DNA of 32,000 nucleotides from assembly GCA_021498095.1 (NCBI GenBank), contig JAIZWK010000001.1, positions 750,001-782,000 on the forward strand. Direction: 5' to 3'. Of this stretch, positions 1 to 8,981 are shown piece after piece. The notes below the pieces were generated by a model that made no database searches, was not told where the DNA came from, and saw only the letters and a list, made by a program, of their open reading frames with translations. Both the position numbers and the translations under genes were made by a program. The first letter of the stretch is position 1; each line of letters opens with the position of its first letter. This DNA comes from Candidatus Harpocratesius repetitus. GTDB taxonomy: Archaea; Asgardarchaeota; Lokiarchaeia; Sigyniarchaeales; Promethearchaeaceae.

Positions 1-98
1 TTAATATGTAATTCTTTTGAATCTATCAAGTCTTGATTAAAAGTTTCTTCAATATATCTCAATTGTCTATTTAAATTTGTATAAAAAATAGAAATGAA

Positions 99-581
99 CT
101 AAACCCAATCTCTTTTTTCCATATAATCATTCCTAAGTTTAAATCCTAATTTTTGGTATAGTGATTTTCCTATGTCAGTAGCATGGAGAGTAGCAACTGA
201 GATATTATGTTTTTTTAGATATGCGATAATAGATCTCATAATTTTTTCTCCAATTCCCTGTCTACGATATTCTTCAATAACCACAATATTCATAATATAT
301 CCTATTTTTCCAGATAAATTACTTGGTCCGGGAGGATGTCTATCTACAACTAATCCTCCTGCCCCAATTGGCTGTTTTTCTTGTATTATCGCAATCCATC
401 CTATAAACTTAGAAGAAGGAACATTTTTTAAAAAATAATCTCTTGAATTACTAATTGCTTTATCCCATAATTGTTTATCAGAATAACAACTCATCGATTC
501 AAACATTATTCTTCGTAATTTTAACAATTCATCTATATCATCTAAAGTACATTGACGAATGCAAATTTCCTCTTTCTGCAT
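99..581 (-). CDS. GNAT-family N-acetyltransferase
   Basis: 160-aa ORF with acetyl-CoA-binding motif A (VVIEEYRRQGIG) and motif B (LHATDIGKSLYQKLGF). Confidence 0.9.
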   Translation of the reverse strand: MQKEEICIRQCTLDDIDELLKLRRIMFESMSCYSDKQLWDKAISNSRDYFLKNVPSSKFIGWIAIIQEKQPIGAGGLVVDRHPPGPSNLSGKIGYIMNIVVIEEYRRQGIGEKIMRSIIAYLKKHNISVATLHATDIGKSLYQKLGFKLRNDYMEKRDWV

Positions 582-633
582 GATAAAATCGCACTTTTAT
601 AGTTTTGTTGATAAAAATCATATATAATTAATT

Positions 634-944
634 AAGGGTATTTTAAATTTCAAAGATTCAAAGTTTTTCATTTCATCATCTTAATTCTTCCGACTCAAAT
701 CCAAAATATCCTTCCTTATTTTTTGTCGATTTTACCAAGGTGCCAAATTTAAGATATGTAATTCAAAAATTATAATAAAATCGACTTCAGATTGAAGAAT
801 TTATAAACAGGATGATAAATTTTTAATAAATTTTTTGAAAAAATCGAGTTCGACAAAAAAAAATTGCGATATTTCAAATTTAAGTCGGATATATATAAAT
901 GATATTCAAAAAAGCGTTTAAATTAAAAAAGATAAAATATCCTC
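634..944. mobile_element. MITE-like non-autonomous element, copy 1 (311 bp)
   Basis: Reverse complement of 16602-16913 at ~93% identity (hand count ~22 substitutions + 1 indel). Ends AAGGGTATTTTA...TAAAATATCCTC. Flanked by 4-bp direct repeat AATT (630-633, 945-948). No ORF. Confidence 0.8.
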
Positions 945-1326
945 AATTAGAATAATTGTTTCATCAATAATTTAGGTTGTATAATTATGATGCTTTTAAT
1001 CTTTTAATAAAGAATTCTATATCAAGGAACTAGAGTTCTTTTCTTAAATGTGTAATAGAATTTATATCTTTTACTTAATATTTCAGCTGTAGTTAAACTT
1101 ATATTAAAGATTATTTGTATGCAAAATTCATAATGTTTTTCTCCATTTATTCATTTTCAAAGGTTTTCGTTATATTTGATTGGCTTGATCATAATAAAAA
1201 ATTTATTGAAAAATATAGTATAATAATTTTATAAATAGTAATCGAAAATGACGAAGTTTTAGCATATATAATTGAGAAAAATGTAAAAATGGAATAAAAT
1301 AATTGTAAAACAGTCCGTGAATTTAA

Positions 1327-1432
1327 TAGCGAGAGGGGGATTTGAACCTCCCGATCTCAGGGTTATGAGCCCTGCAGCCTAGACCAGAATTGCCTACAAT
1401 GCGCGCTGCATTGGCACCTAGCCCATCTCGCT
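1327..1432 (-). tRNA. Initiator tRNA-Met (CAT) with ~29-nt intron in the D-loop
   Basis: Acceptor stem AGCGAGA/TCTCGCT with A1:U72 and discriminator A. Anticodon arm CAGGG-CTCATAA-CCCTG with three consecutive G:C pairs (initiator signature). T-loop TTCAAAT. Insertion ~1389-1417 folds as a hairpin. CCA not encoded. Confidence 0.9.
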
Positions 1433-1742
1433 ATAGAAAAACAGATTATGTGATATGAAGACGCGGGGGCTATTAAGATTTTCGGGTATTGGCTAGTAAT
1501 AATAATAGGAATGCAGAATGAAATTTTAGAGAGGCAATAATTTCTTCAATACTTCAAGTTCAAGAGGATTGGATTGAAAATAAGAAATATATACTGTAAT
1601 CAGCGTTTTTTATAATGTTTGGTTAGCGTTTGAGTATATTTAAAGAGAAATTCGATTAATTAAATATGATAATATAAGGAATAAAAAGATAGAGAATTTG
1701 TTAATATTATAAAATTTAAAACAAAATTTTGAAAGAATAGAT

Positions 1743-2537
1743 CTAAGTGTCATTTTCTGCCAATAACAACAATGCATCGCTGCAATTCAAAGAAAATGTT
1801 TCTTTTTGATAATTTTCCCATACGTTTAGTAATTTAAGATTCAATTGTTTGAATATTTCTTCTATTTCTGGGAGGGTAATTAATGGCCAAAAAGATTGCA
1901 TTGTTTGAGTGAAAACTTTGTTACTCTCATAAGAGTGGTAGCATTCGACAAAATCTACAAACATTTTACCTGTGTCATAATCAGGCGTGAATCGTATAAT
2001 TTTATAATAATTGTCTCCAGATGGTGCGGTATAAATAGGTGAAGCAACATATCCTGATCGTGGTTTTGAGTTGTTCTAAATCTGCATAAAAAAGAATCTG
2101 TGAGGAGTTAGGAGTTGTGATACTTTTTCAAAAACTTTGAAGGGATTATATTTTTGCATAATCAATAACATAGAATTTCCAAGAGAAAAAACAAAATTGA
2201 AAGAATTAGGTTTTAAATCATTATATCTTGTATAAAATCTTTTTGAATAAACTTGACTCTTTTATGATTCTTTTCTTTTATCTTATTGTCAGAATTCACA
2301 ATTTTTGAGCAATCGCAATCATTTGATCAGAAATGTCAATTCCGATAAAATAATCATTTGGAATTTATTTGAAAGAATATTAATATATTGAGCTGGACCA
2401 CAACCTAAATCGAGAATATTACGTGGAGTATCGTAAGTGTTTATAACATTTGATAAAATATTAGATAAAAAGGGAATTTCGCGTTTTAATCGTTTGTTCC
2501 AGTTAATAGTATGAAGGTAAATTTCAGCTAATAACAT
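1743..2537 (-). pseudogene. Disrupted class I SAM-dependent methyltransferase (resembles glycine/sarcosine N-methyltransferase type)
   Basis: Motifs ILDLGCG, IGIDISDQMI, VKFIQKDF, FSLGNS and MQI*N join into one gene via three single-base deletions (~2360, ~2304, ~2220) and one in-frame TAG (2076-2078). Confidence 0.8.
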
Positions 2538-2604
2538 TCTCAAATGATAGAAGGATTATGGAGCAAAGAAACATTTAGAATAATATAAAATGCAGATAAA
2601 TTGA

Positions 2605-4458
2605 TTGTTTAAAGTAGATAAAAAGATTGTTAAAAGATCAAAATGGAATAATCTTGAAAGAATGAAACAGAAGGAATTTGAAAACCACATTTTTCTGCAA
2701 GACAGTAGGGACATGCACCAATTGCCTGATAATTCCATTCATTTAATGGTCACCTCGCCACCGTATAATGTAACTAAGCAGTATGATGAGAATCTGTCAC
2801 TTTCAGAATATTTGCAACTCATTAGGGGTGTTTTGATAGAAGTTAATCGGGTGTTAATTCCTGGTGGAATTGTAGCATTAAATATTGCAAATGTAGGTCG
2901 TAAACCATATATTCCACTGAACTGTTATTTTATAGAAATACTTTCTGAATTGGGTTATGAAATGCTTGAAGAAGTAATTTGGGATAAAGGTGCTAGTGCT
3001 GGAGGGAGTTGTGCATGGGGAAGCTGGAAATCAGCATCAAACCCTTCATTACGGGATGTTCATGAGTATATAATCTTAGCTAGAAAACCTGGTACTCCTC
3101 ATGAGCCGTATATTAAATTAACTAAGGAAGATTGGAGTTTTTTTCCTAAAGCATTAGACAATAAGCCACTCAAAATTAACTTTAACGAATTATTTTCGAA
3201 TATATGGCAAATAGGGACTGAAAGTGCACAACAAGTAAACCATCCTGCGCCATTTCGGGTAGAATTACCGTTTCGCGTGATTGAATTGTTCACAAGAAAA
3301 GGAGATATTGTGTTAGATCCATTTATTGGCTCTGGATCGACTGCACTAGCAGCATTACAAGCAGAACGTAAATATGTTGGTTATGAAATAAATTCTGATT
3401 ATGTTCAAATTTCAAAAAAAAGAATTAAGAATCAGATGAATTATAAATCTGATTTTGAAAAGAAATGTAAAAAAATAGAAGAAATAGGAGGAAAAACTGG
3501 CTCAGAGAGAAAAGAAGAAGTGTTGTTAAACATAAAGGCTAAAAGGGAGAAAAAAACAAAAGTAAAGAGAACTAAAACACAAGATTTTGGGGTTTCAATA
3601 CGAGAAAGCCATGATTCTACTCTATTTTATTCGTCTCGACTTTATCTTGGACTGAAAATTAATGAAAAACAACCAATTATTGATAATTCCGCCGAATTGA
3701 CCCATAAAATTTATTCAAACTTCTCTATTTTGACAGAGGATCAATTACAAATCATTCCTGATAATTCAATTCATCTTTTTATAACTAAATTCCCAAGTTA
3801 TAATATAGATAAATCAGAATCTCTTAATATTTGGAAGGATAGAGTCCAAAATTTTATGGAACAAATAAAAAGAACATTAATTACTGGAGGAAGAATGGTT
3901 ATTCTCTGTGAAAATTCATTAACACGAAGGATTCGAGAGAATGGAGAAAAAGTTTCTTCATTTTTTCCAATGCATAGGTTTATTACAAAAATACTTATAA
4001 ATATCGGGATAATTTTGCGTGGAAACATCATTTTGATACGAGATCGATCTCCCCTTCATGAATTCTCTAATAAATTAAAATCATCTTATGATTTGGCAAT
4101 TATTGGTAGTAAAGATGTTCTTAAACGGTTAAAACGAGATAAAAACAAGACTTGGGAAAAAACAGATACAATTTTGCGCGATCAATTCTTAGAATACACA
4201 AAATCTATTTGGTGGCCGAGAGAGGATTTGTTAAAAACATCACAACAAGCCTACGGCATTAACAATAATTTACCCTATTCTTCTATAATTGATTATATTA
4301 ATCGATTTATTCATTTGTATTCTTTTAAGGAAGATACCTTGTTACTAGGAATTTCACGTGAAACACTAAATTTAAAAAATTCAGCAAATTGGGAGGATTG
4401 GCAAGATTACCTTAAGATTTTACGAGAAAAAGTATTATTTTTAAAGATTAAGGACTAA
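2605..4458 (+). CDS. Beta-class amino (N4-C/N6-A) DNA methyltransferase fused to a degenerate second MTase domain
   Basis: Motif IV TSPPY (SPPY at 2755-2766) precedes motif I VLDPFIGSGST (from ~3310). The C-terminal half repeats the fold (PDNSIHLFITKFPSY; YSFKEDTLLL). The true start may be a downstream ATG. Confidence 0.85.
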   Translation: MFKVDKKIVKRSKWNNLERMKQKEFENHIFLQDSRDMHQLPDNSIHLMVTSPPYNVTKQYDENLSLSEYLQLIRGVLIEVNRVLIPGGIVALNIANVGRKPYIPLNCYFIEILSELGYEMLEEVIWDKGASAGGSCAWGSWKSASNPSLRDVHEYIILARKPGTPHEPYIKLTKEDWSFFPKALDNKPLKINFNELFSNIWQIGTESAQQVNHPAPFRVELPFRVIELFTRKGDIVLDPFIGSGSTALAALQAERKYVGYEINSDYVQISKKRIKNQMNYKSDFEKKCKKIEEIGGKTGSERKEEVLLNIKAKREKKTKVKRTKTQDFGVSIRESHDSTLFYSSRLYLGLKINEKQPIIDNSAELTHKIYSNFSILTEDQLQIIPDNSIHLFITKFPSYNIDKSESLNIWKDRVQNFMEQIKRTLITGGRMVILCENSLTRRIRENGEKVSSFFPMHRFITKILINIGIILRGNIILIRDRSPLHEFSNKLKSSYDLAIIGSKDVLKRLKRDKNKTWEKTDTILRDQFLEYTKSIWWPREDLLKTSQQAYGINNNLPYSSIIDYINRFIHLYSFKEDTLLLGISRETLNLKNSANWEDWQDYLKILREKVLFLKIKD

Positions 4459-4581
4459 AAAAGATAATTTCATTCAAGAAAAAATTAAGTATTTTCCTAA
4501 AAATATCTGCTTTTAAATTGCTTTGAAAGTTAACTATTATTAGAGATATTGGTAAAGGATCGAGTTAGAAAATACATATAT

Positions 4582-5469
4582 ATGGTGGAAAATATGAGTA
4601 TTGAAAATCTTTCAGAGGGTGGTTCTCGCTTTCAAAAAAATCCTGCTTTACATGTATTTATCAAAGATTTAGATGAAGGACAATGGATTGACGAAGAAAA
4701 GATGGTGTCCACTCGTTATGGGCGTGTAAAGAGAGTGAGGGTGTGTGGAACAATCATCTATAGGAAAGATTCTATTAACGAGAATCAAGAAGATTCCTTT
4801 TTGGATGATTCTTTTGGACAAAATTCTCGAATCTCTTTTCAAATTGATGATGGAACAGGTCGAATATGGGTTACTATATTTGGAATTGAAATTGAGGATT
4901 ACAAATTTATTCAAAAAGGAATTCTAATTGAAGTCGTAGGAAAAACGCGCCAATATCGCAATAAAATCTCTTTAGTTGGTGAATACGCCAAGAAACTCTC
5001 AGATCCAAATTGGGAAACTTATCATATGCTAAAAATACTCACACGTCGAAAGCTAAAACCTAAATATGAAATTGAAAAAATCGAAACACCCTCTTTTTCT
5101 GATTTTGATTTTGAATCAAATATTCTTCAAGATTCAACTCCTTCTAACTTGGATCCTATAGAAATTAGCGATGAAATAGATATGCAAACTATCGGAAAGG
5201 CAACTAATCCAATATATAATGATGAGAAAATTGAAGAGTTCTCATCAAAAAATGAGTCTTTCTCTTCAAATGATCCTTTTGAGAAATTAAATATTTTAGA
5301 TAAAATCGTTGAATATATCAAAGACAATGATAATGATGATGGTGTTGCAATTACTGAGATTCAATCAGCACTAAACTTAGATTTGACTGCACTTAAGACA
5401 CATTTAAATCAATTAAGTCAAGATATTCGTATTTATAAGACTAGTGATGGGCATTATTCTGCTTATTAA
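4582..5469 (+). CDS. RPA2/RPA32-like ssDNA-binding protein (OB fold + acidic linker + C-terminal winged helix)
   Basis: OB motifs VRVCGTI, FQIDDGTGRIWV, IEVVGKTRQY. C-terminal DGVAITEIQSAL...LNQLSQDIRIYKTSDGHY resembles the RPA32 winged helix. Confidence 0.8.
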   Translation: MVENMSIENLSEGGSRFQKNPALHVFIKDLDEGQWIDEEKMVSTRYGRVKRVRVCGTIIYRKDSINENQEDSFLDDSFGQNSRISFQIDDGTGRIWVTIFGIEIEDYKFIQKGILIEVVGKTRQYRNKISLVGEYAKKLSDPNWETYHMLKILTRRKLKPKYEIEKIETPSFSDFDFESNILQDSTPSNLDPIEISDEIDMQTIGKATNPIYNDEKIEEFSSKNESFSSNDPFEKLNILDKIVEYIKDNDNDDGVAITEIQSALNLDLTALKTHLNQLSQDIRIYKTSDGHYSAY

Positions 5470-5558
5470 GAAAAACAAGATTTAATTATTAGAATAAATC
5501 AAATGAAAGCTATTTCTTTTTCAGAAATTTTTTTTGGAAGGAAACCTTTTATGCAGTA

Positions 5559-5969
5559 ATGGACGAGAAAGAATACCTTGCATTGGTAGATCGAGCATTT
5601 GAAAAAATCCCCGAAGGTTTTCATGAAACTGATCGTTGGAAAATTCCTACGGCCCGATTGGAGTTTGAGGGGAAAAATACAATTATTGTGAATTTTAAGG
5701 ATATTGTGGAATCGATAAAACGGGATGAAAAACACTTTATTAAATATATTTTACAAGAAGTAGGGACTGCAGGAAATATTAAAGGTAACAAAGCAATTTT
5801 AAAAGGAAAGCAGAAACTACGAACAATTAATCGTTTGATTAACAATTACTGTGAAACCTACGTTATTTGTGAGACGTGTGGAAAACCAGATACCATTATT
5901 TTGAAGGAAGGAAGAAATCATCTATTGGTGTGTCAAGCTTGTGGAACACGTCACCCTATAAAACTTTAA
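5559..5969 (+). CDS. eif2b: Translation initiation factor aIF-2 subunit beta
   Basis: EGKNTIIVNF, Zn ribbon YVICETCGKPDT...CQACG, 136 aa. Confidence 0.95.
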   Translation: MDEKEYLALVDRAFEKIPEGFHETDRWKIPTARLEFEGKNTIIVNFKDIVESIKRDEKHFIKYILQEVGTAGNIKGNKAILKGKQKLRTINRLINNYCETYVICETCGKPDTIILKEGRNHLLVCQACGTRHPIKL

Positions 5970-6000
5970 AGCCTTTTTTGAAGGTTTTTCTCTTTTTTTC
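5968..6000 (+). terminator. Possible hairpin/oligo-T terminator after aIF-2 beta
   Basis: AAAGCCTT-TTTTG-AAGGTTTT stem followed by a T-rich tract. Confidence 0.3.
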
Positions 6001-6090
6001 TTCGAGTTTTTCTAATGAATATTTTCCAATTTAATGATAGAGAGATTAATTGGGAGAGCAAAATAAGAATGAAAATATGAGAGAGTAAAA

Positions 6091-6429
6091 TTGAGTGATA
6101 ATAATATGAGTACTACAGAAAATAGCGAAGAAATTATGTGTTATATTAAAATTCATCATCAAAGTAAGGATTCAGTCGTTGCTGCTTGTGATAAGGATTG
6201 TTTAGGTCAGAAACTGAAAGAAGGTAAATTTCAGTATCATGTTTCAGAGGGGTTTTTTAAGGGAGAATTACTTCCTATCTCCAAGGTAGTTGCATTATTG
6301 CAAAAATCGACCAATTTTAATGTAGTTGGTGAGAACATAATAACCAAATTGGTTGAATTGAAAATAATCCATCCAGAAGGTGTTTTAGAAATCGAAGGAA
6401 TTCCAATTGCTTTGAAAATGATTTTTTAA
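6091..6429 (+). CDS. DUF424 family protein
   Basis: VVAACDKDCLG, VSEGFFKG, NVVGENII, IEGIP match this archaeal family; usual neighbour of aIF-2 beta. Confidence 0.85.
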   Translation: MSDNNMSTTENSEEIMCYIKIHHQSKDSVVAACDKDCLGQKLKEGKFQYHVSEGFFKGELLPISKVVALLQKSTNFNVVGENIITKLVELKIIHPEGVLEIEGIPIALKMIF

Positions 6430-6523
6430 CTTATAAAAAAAATTTATTTCTTAATTAGCTAATTACATATAATAATATATAATAACATTTTATTTCCATA
6501 AAAGGATTGAAGAGAGAAATTTT

Positions 6524-7465
6524 ATGAAATTACGAAAATTTTGTTCAAAATGTGGTGCTAGCATAGAAAAGGATGAAGATCTATATCCTGGCTTTCTCTG
6601 TCAAAATTGTTATGGAAAAGAAGAAATAAAAATAAATTTTCCCCAAAAAATTCAATTGCGCCAATGTTACTTATGTTCTGCAATTTCATTACGAATTGAT
6701 GATAAATATCTTGATTGGCAGTATCTTCCTGAAGGAGAAATTGAAATGGATTTTTTAAGTGGTTTAATCTATGAATCTTTAATTTTTCCAATAGAAGATA
6801 GATATCAGATTCATTGTTCTCTATTTATTCCTCATAATATTTCATTTTCTCAAGAAAAAAATATTATACTTCATATTGAGAGTCGAAATAAAGAAGATGT
6901 TTTAGTTAACAATACTCAATTGGAAATTCAAATGAAAAAAATCCAATGTCCTTACTGTGCTCAAAAATCAGGTGGTAGATTTGATGCAATTATACAAATA
7001 AGAATTCAACATCCAAGAGACAATCCTATGTTACAAATCATTTTGGATGAAATTCATCATATAGAATTTGATGAGCATCAGAAAAATTTATCATTTTTTA
7101 TCACCAAAGTAGAATGGACAAAAAATGGTTTTGATCTTAAAATTAGTAATAATGCTATGACAAGAGCATTAGTTCATAGACTTCGTTCTAAATTTCCTTT
7201 TGAAATTAAATTTTCAAAAAGATTAATGGGAATTGATCATGAAACAGGTACCAGATTATATAGACAATCCACCCTTCTTCGTTTAATTCCAGTACGTAAA
7301 AACGATTTATTATTGTTTGATGGATATAAATACCAAGTAAAAAACATCACTCATAATAAGGTAATTCTAACCTCATTACCTGGTAAAAAGGTTAAACAAC
7401 TCAATTTCGACCAGTTTCAGAAAAAAAAATGGAACCTTATTGAAAACGAAAAGGAACTGGAATAA
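6524..7465 (+). CDS. nmd3: NMD3-family ribosome maturation protein
   Basis: CxxC pairs (CSKC, CQNC, CYLC, CPYC), GGRFDAIIQIR, and KLMG/RLYRQS-like segment. Confidence 0.85.
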   Translation: MKLRKFCSKCGASIEKDEDLYPGFLCQNCYGKEEIKINFPQKIQLRQCYLCSAISLRIDDKYLDWQYLPEGEIEMDFLSGLIYESLIFPIEDRYQIHCSLFIPHNISFSQEKNIILHIESRNKEDVLVNNTQLEIQMKKIQCPYCAQKSGGRFDAIIQIRIQHPRDNPMLQIILDEIHHIEFDEHQKNLSFFITKVEWTKNGFDLKISNNAMTRALVHRLRSKFPFEIKFSKRLMGIDHETGTRLYRQSTLLRLIPVRKNDLLLFDGYKYQVKNITHNKVILTSLPGKKVKQLNFDQFQKKKWNLIENEKELE

Positions 7466-7483
7466 AAAGGATGTGAAAATCGC

Positions 7484-8281
7484 ATGGTTGAAGATAAACT
7501 TGTTGATAGACTTGATCAAAAAAAAGATAAGCAACGAATTAAAAGAAAACGAAAAAAGGAAGAACGAATGGCTACTGGGGGTGTATTTGATAAATATACT
7601 ACAGAAAATATTAATAAATTGCAAGTTAAAGGAATTATTAAAGAATTTGTAGGTATTATTTCTGCAGGAAAGGAAGCAAATGTATATTTTGCAACCGGGG
7701 AGAATGGTCAACCTATTGCTGTTAAAATATATAAAATTGACCCCCAAAATACTAAATGGATGAAAAATTATATTATTGGTGATCCACGCTTTAAAAAGAT
7801 TGGTAGTTCTACTCATAAAATCATATATACTTGGAGTAAAAAGGAATTTAAAAATTTAAAACAATTGTTACGTCATGGTATTCCTGTTCCAAAACCTATA
7901 ATGTGTGTAGATAATGTTTTATTAATGGAGTATATTGGAGCACCTAATGGAACTCCAGCGCCTAGATTAAAAGACGTTGATGATTTATTAAATCCTTTCG
8001 AAATATATGAGAAAATTGTTCAATATATTGAAGAAATGTATCTAAACGCTCATTTAGTTCATGGAGATTTAAGTGAATATAACATTTTAATGTGGAATGG
8101 TTTACCAACAATAATTGATGTTTCTCAAGCAGTATCTACTTATCATATTAATGCTCCTGTTTTTCTTAAACGAGATATTATTAATATATACAACTTTTTT
8201 AGCGATTATATCGATAAGGATGATATGGATTCAGTTGAAATTACATACGGGAAAATTTTACAAAAATATCATTCACAATGA
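7484..8281 (+). CDS. rio1: RIO1 atypical Ser/Thr kinase
   Basis: ISAGKEANVY, AVKIY, HGDLSEYNIL, IIDVSQAV. Confidence 0.95.
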   Translation: MVEDKLVDRLDQKKDKQRIKRKRKKEERMATGGVFDKYTTENINKLQVKGIIKEFVGIISAGKEANVYFATGENGQPIAVKIYKIDPQNTKWMKNYIIGDPRFKKIGSSTHKIIYTWSKKEFKNLKQLLRHGIPVPKPIMCVDNVLLMEYIGAPNGTPAPRLKDVDDLLNPFEIYEKIVQYIEEMYLNAHLVHGDLSEYNILMWNGLPTIIDVSQAVSTYHINAPVFLKRDIINIYNFFSDYIDKDDMDSVEITYGKILQKYHSQ

Positions 8282-8334
8282 TACCTATAGTACATTCGCA
8301 TAAACGATTTAACCTATGAATTATTCTTTTTCAT

Positions 8335-8916
8335 ATGGCATTCTTTAAAGATCGATTGGCTGTTGCTATCGGTAAAAATGGTGAAACTAAAAAATTACTA
8401 GAAGACCAAACAGGCACTAATATTACAATAAACAGCAAAACAGGAGAATACCATATCACAGCAAAAAAGGATTTTCCAATTTCAATAGAAAATCCAGAAT
8501 TTCAAGATCCAAGTATTCGAGTTTATACCGCGCAATCTATTCTTAATGCCATAAATTACGGATTCAATCCTCAAAAGGCATTAAAACTATTGGATGCTGA
8601 GAACATTTTTGAATTAATTAATTTAGAACAGATTGTAGGTCATTCAGAACGAAAATTACGTCGAATGAAAGGGCGGTTAATTGGCGATCAAGGAAAAATT
8701 AGACAAGATATAGAAAAATACTCAAAAGTGAATCTTTCCATTTATGGAAAATATTTGGCATTAATCGGAGAATTTGATTCAATTAAAATAGCAAAAAAGG
8801 CAATTAATATGATCCTCCAAGGTGCTCCCCATAAAACTGTAATTAATTATTTACATGAAGAATACCAAAAGAAAAAACAGCAAGAATTTACTGAAATGTG
8901 GAAACCAACATTATAA
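8335..8916 (+). CDS. Dim2/Pno1-like KH-domain pre-rRNA processing protein
   Basis: Two KH GxxG loops (IGKNG, IGDQG), GAPHKTV; directly follows rio1. Confidence 0.9.
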   Translation: MAFFKDRLAVAIGKNGETKKLLEDQTGTNITINSKTGEYHITAKKDFPISIENPEFQDPSIRVYTAQSILNAINYGFNPQKALKLLDAENIFELINLEQIVGHSERKLRRMKGRLIGDQGKIRQDIEKYSKVNLSIYGKYLALIGEFDSIKIAKKAINMILQGAPHKTVINYLHEEYQKKKQQEFTEMWKPTL

Positions 8917-8981
8917 TTAATAATTATTTCAATGTAATAAGATAGATTTTTAACAAGATTTTTAATTTTTTGGTAATCTTT

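Noticed and set aside
1-101. The reading frame stays open for 32 codons after the GNAT TAG stop (possible read-through/pyrrolysine)
   Set aside because: The GNAT fold is complete at the stop. The open frame is better explained by chance or a next gene starting at TTG (MRYIEETF...) and running off the window.
2076-2078. In-frame TAG in the methyltransferase as pyrrolysine recoding
   Set aside because: The same gene has three frameshifts and no pyl genes are visible; ordinary decay is simpler.
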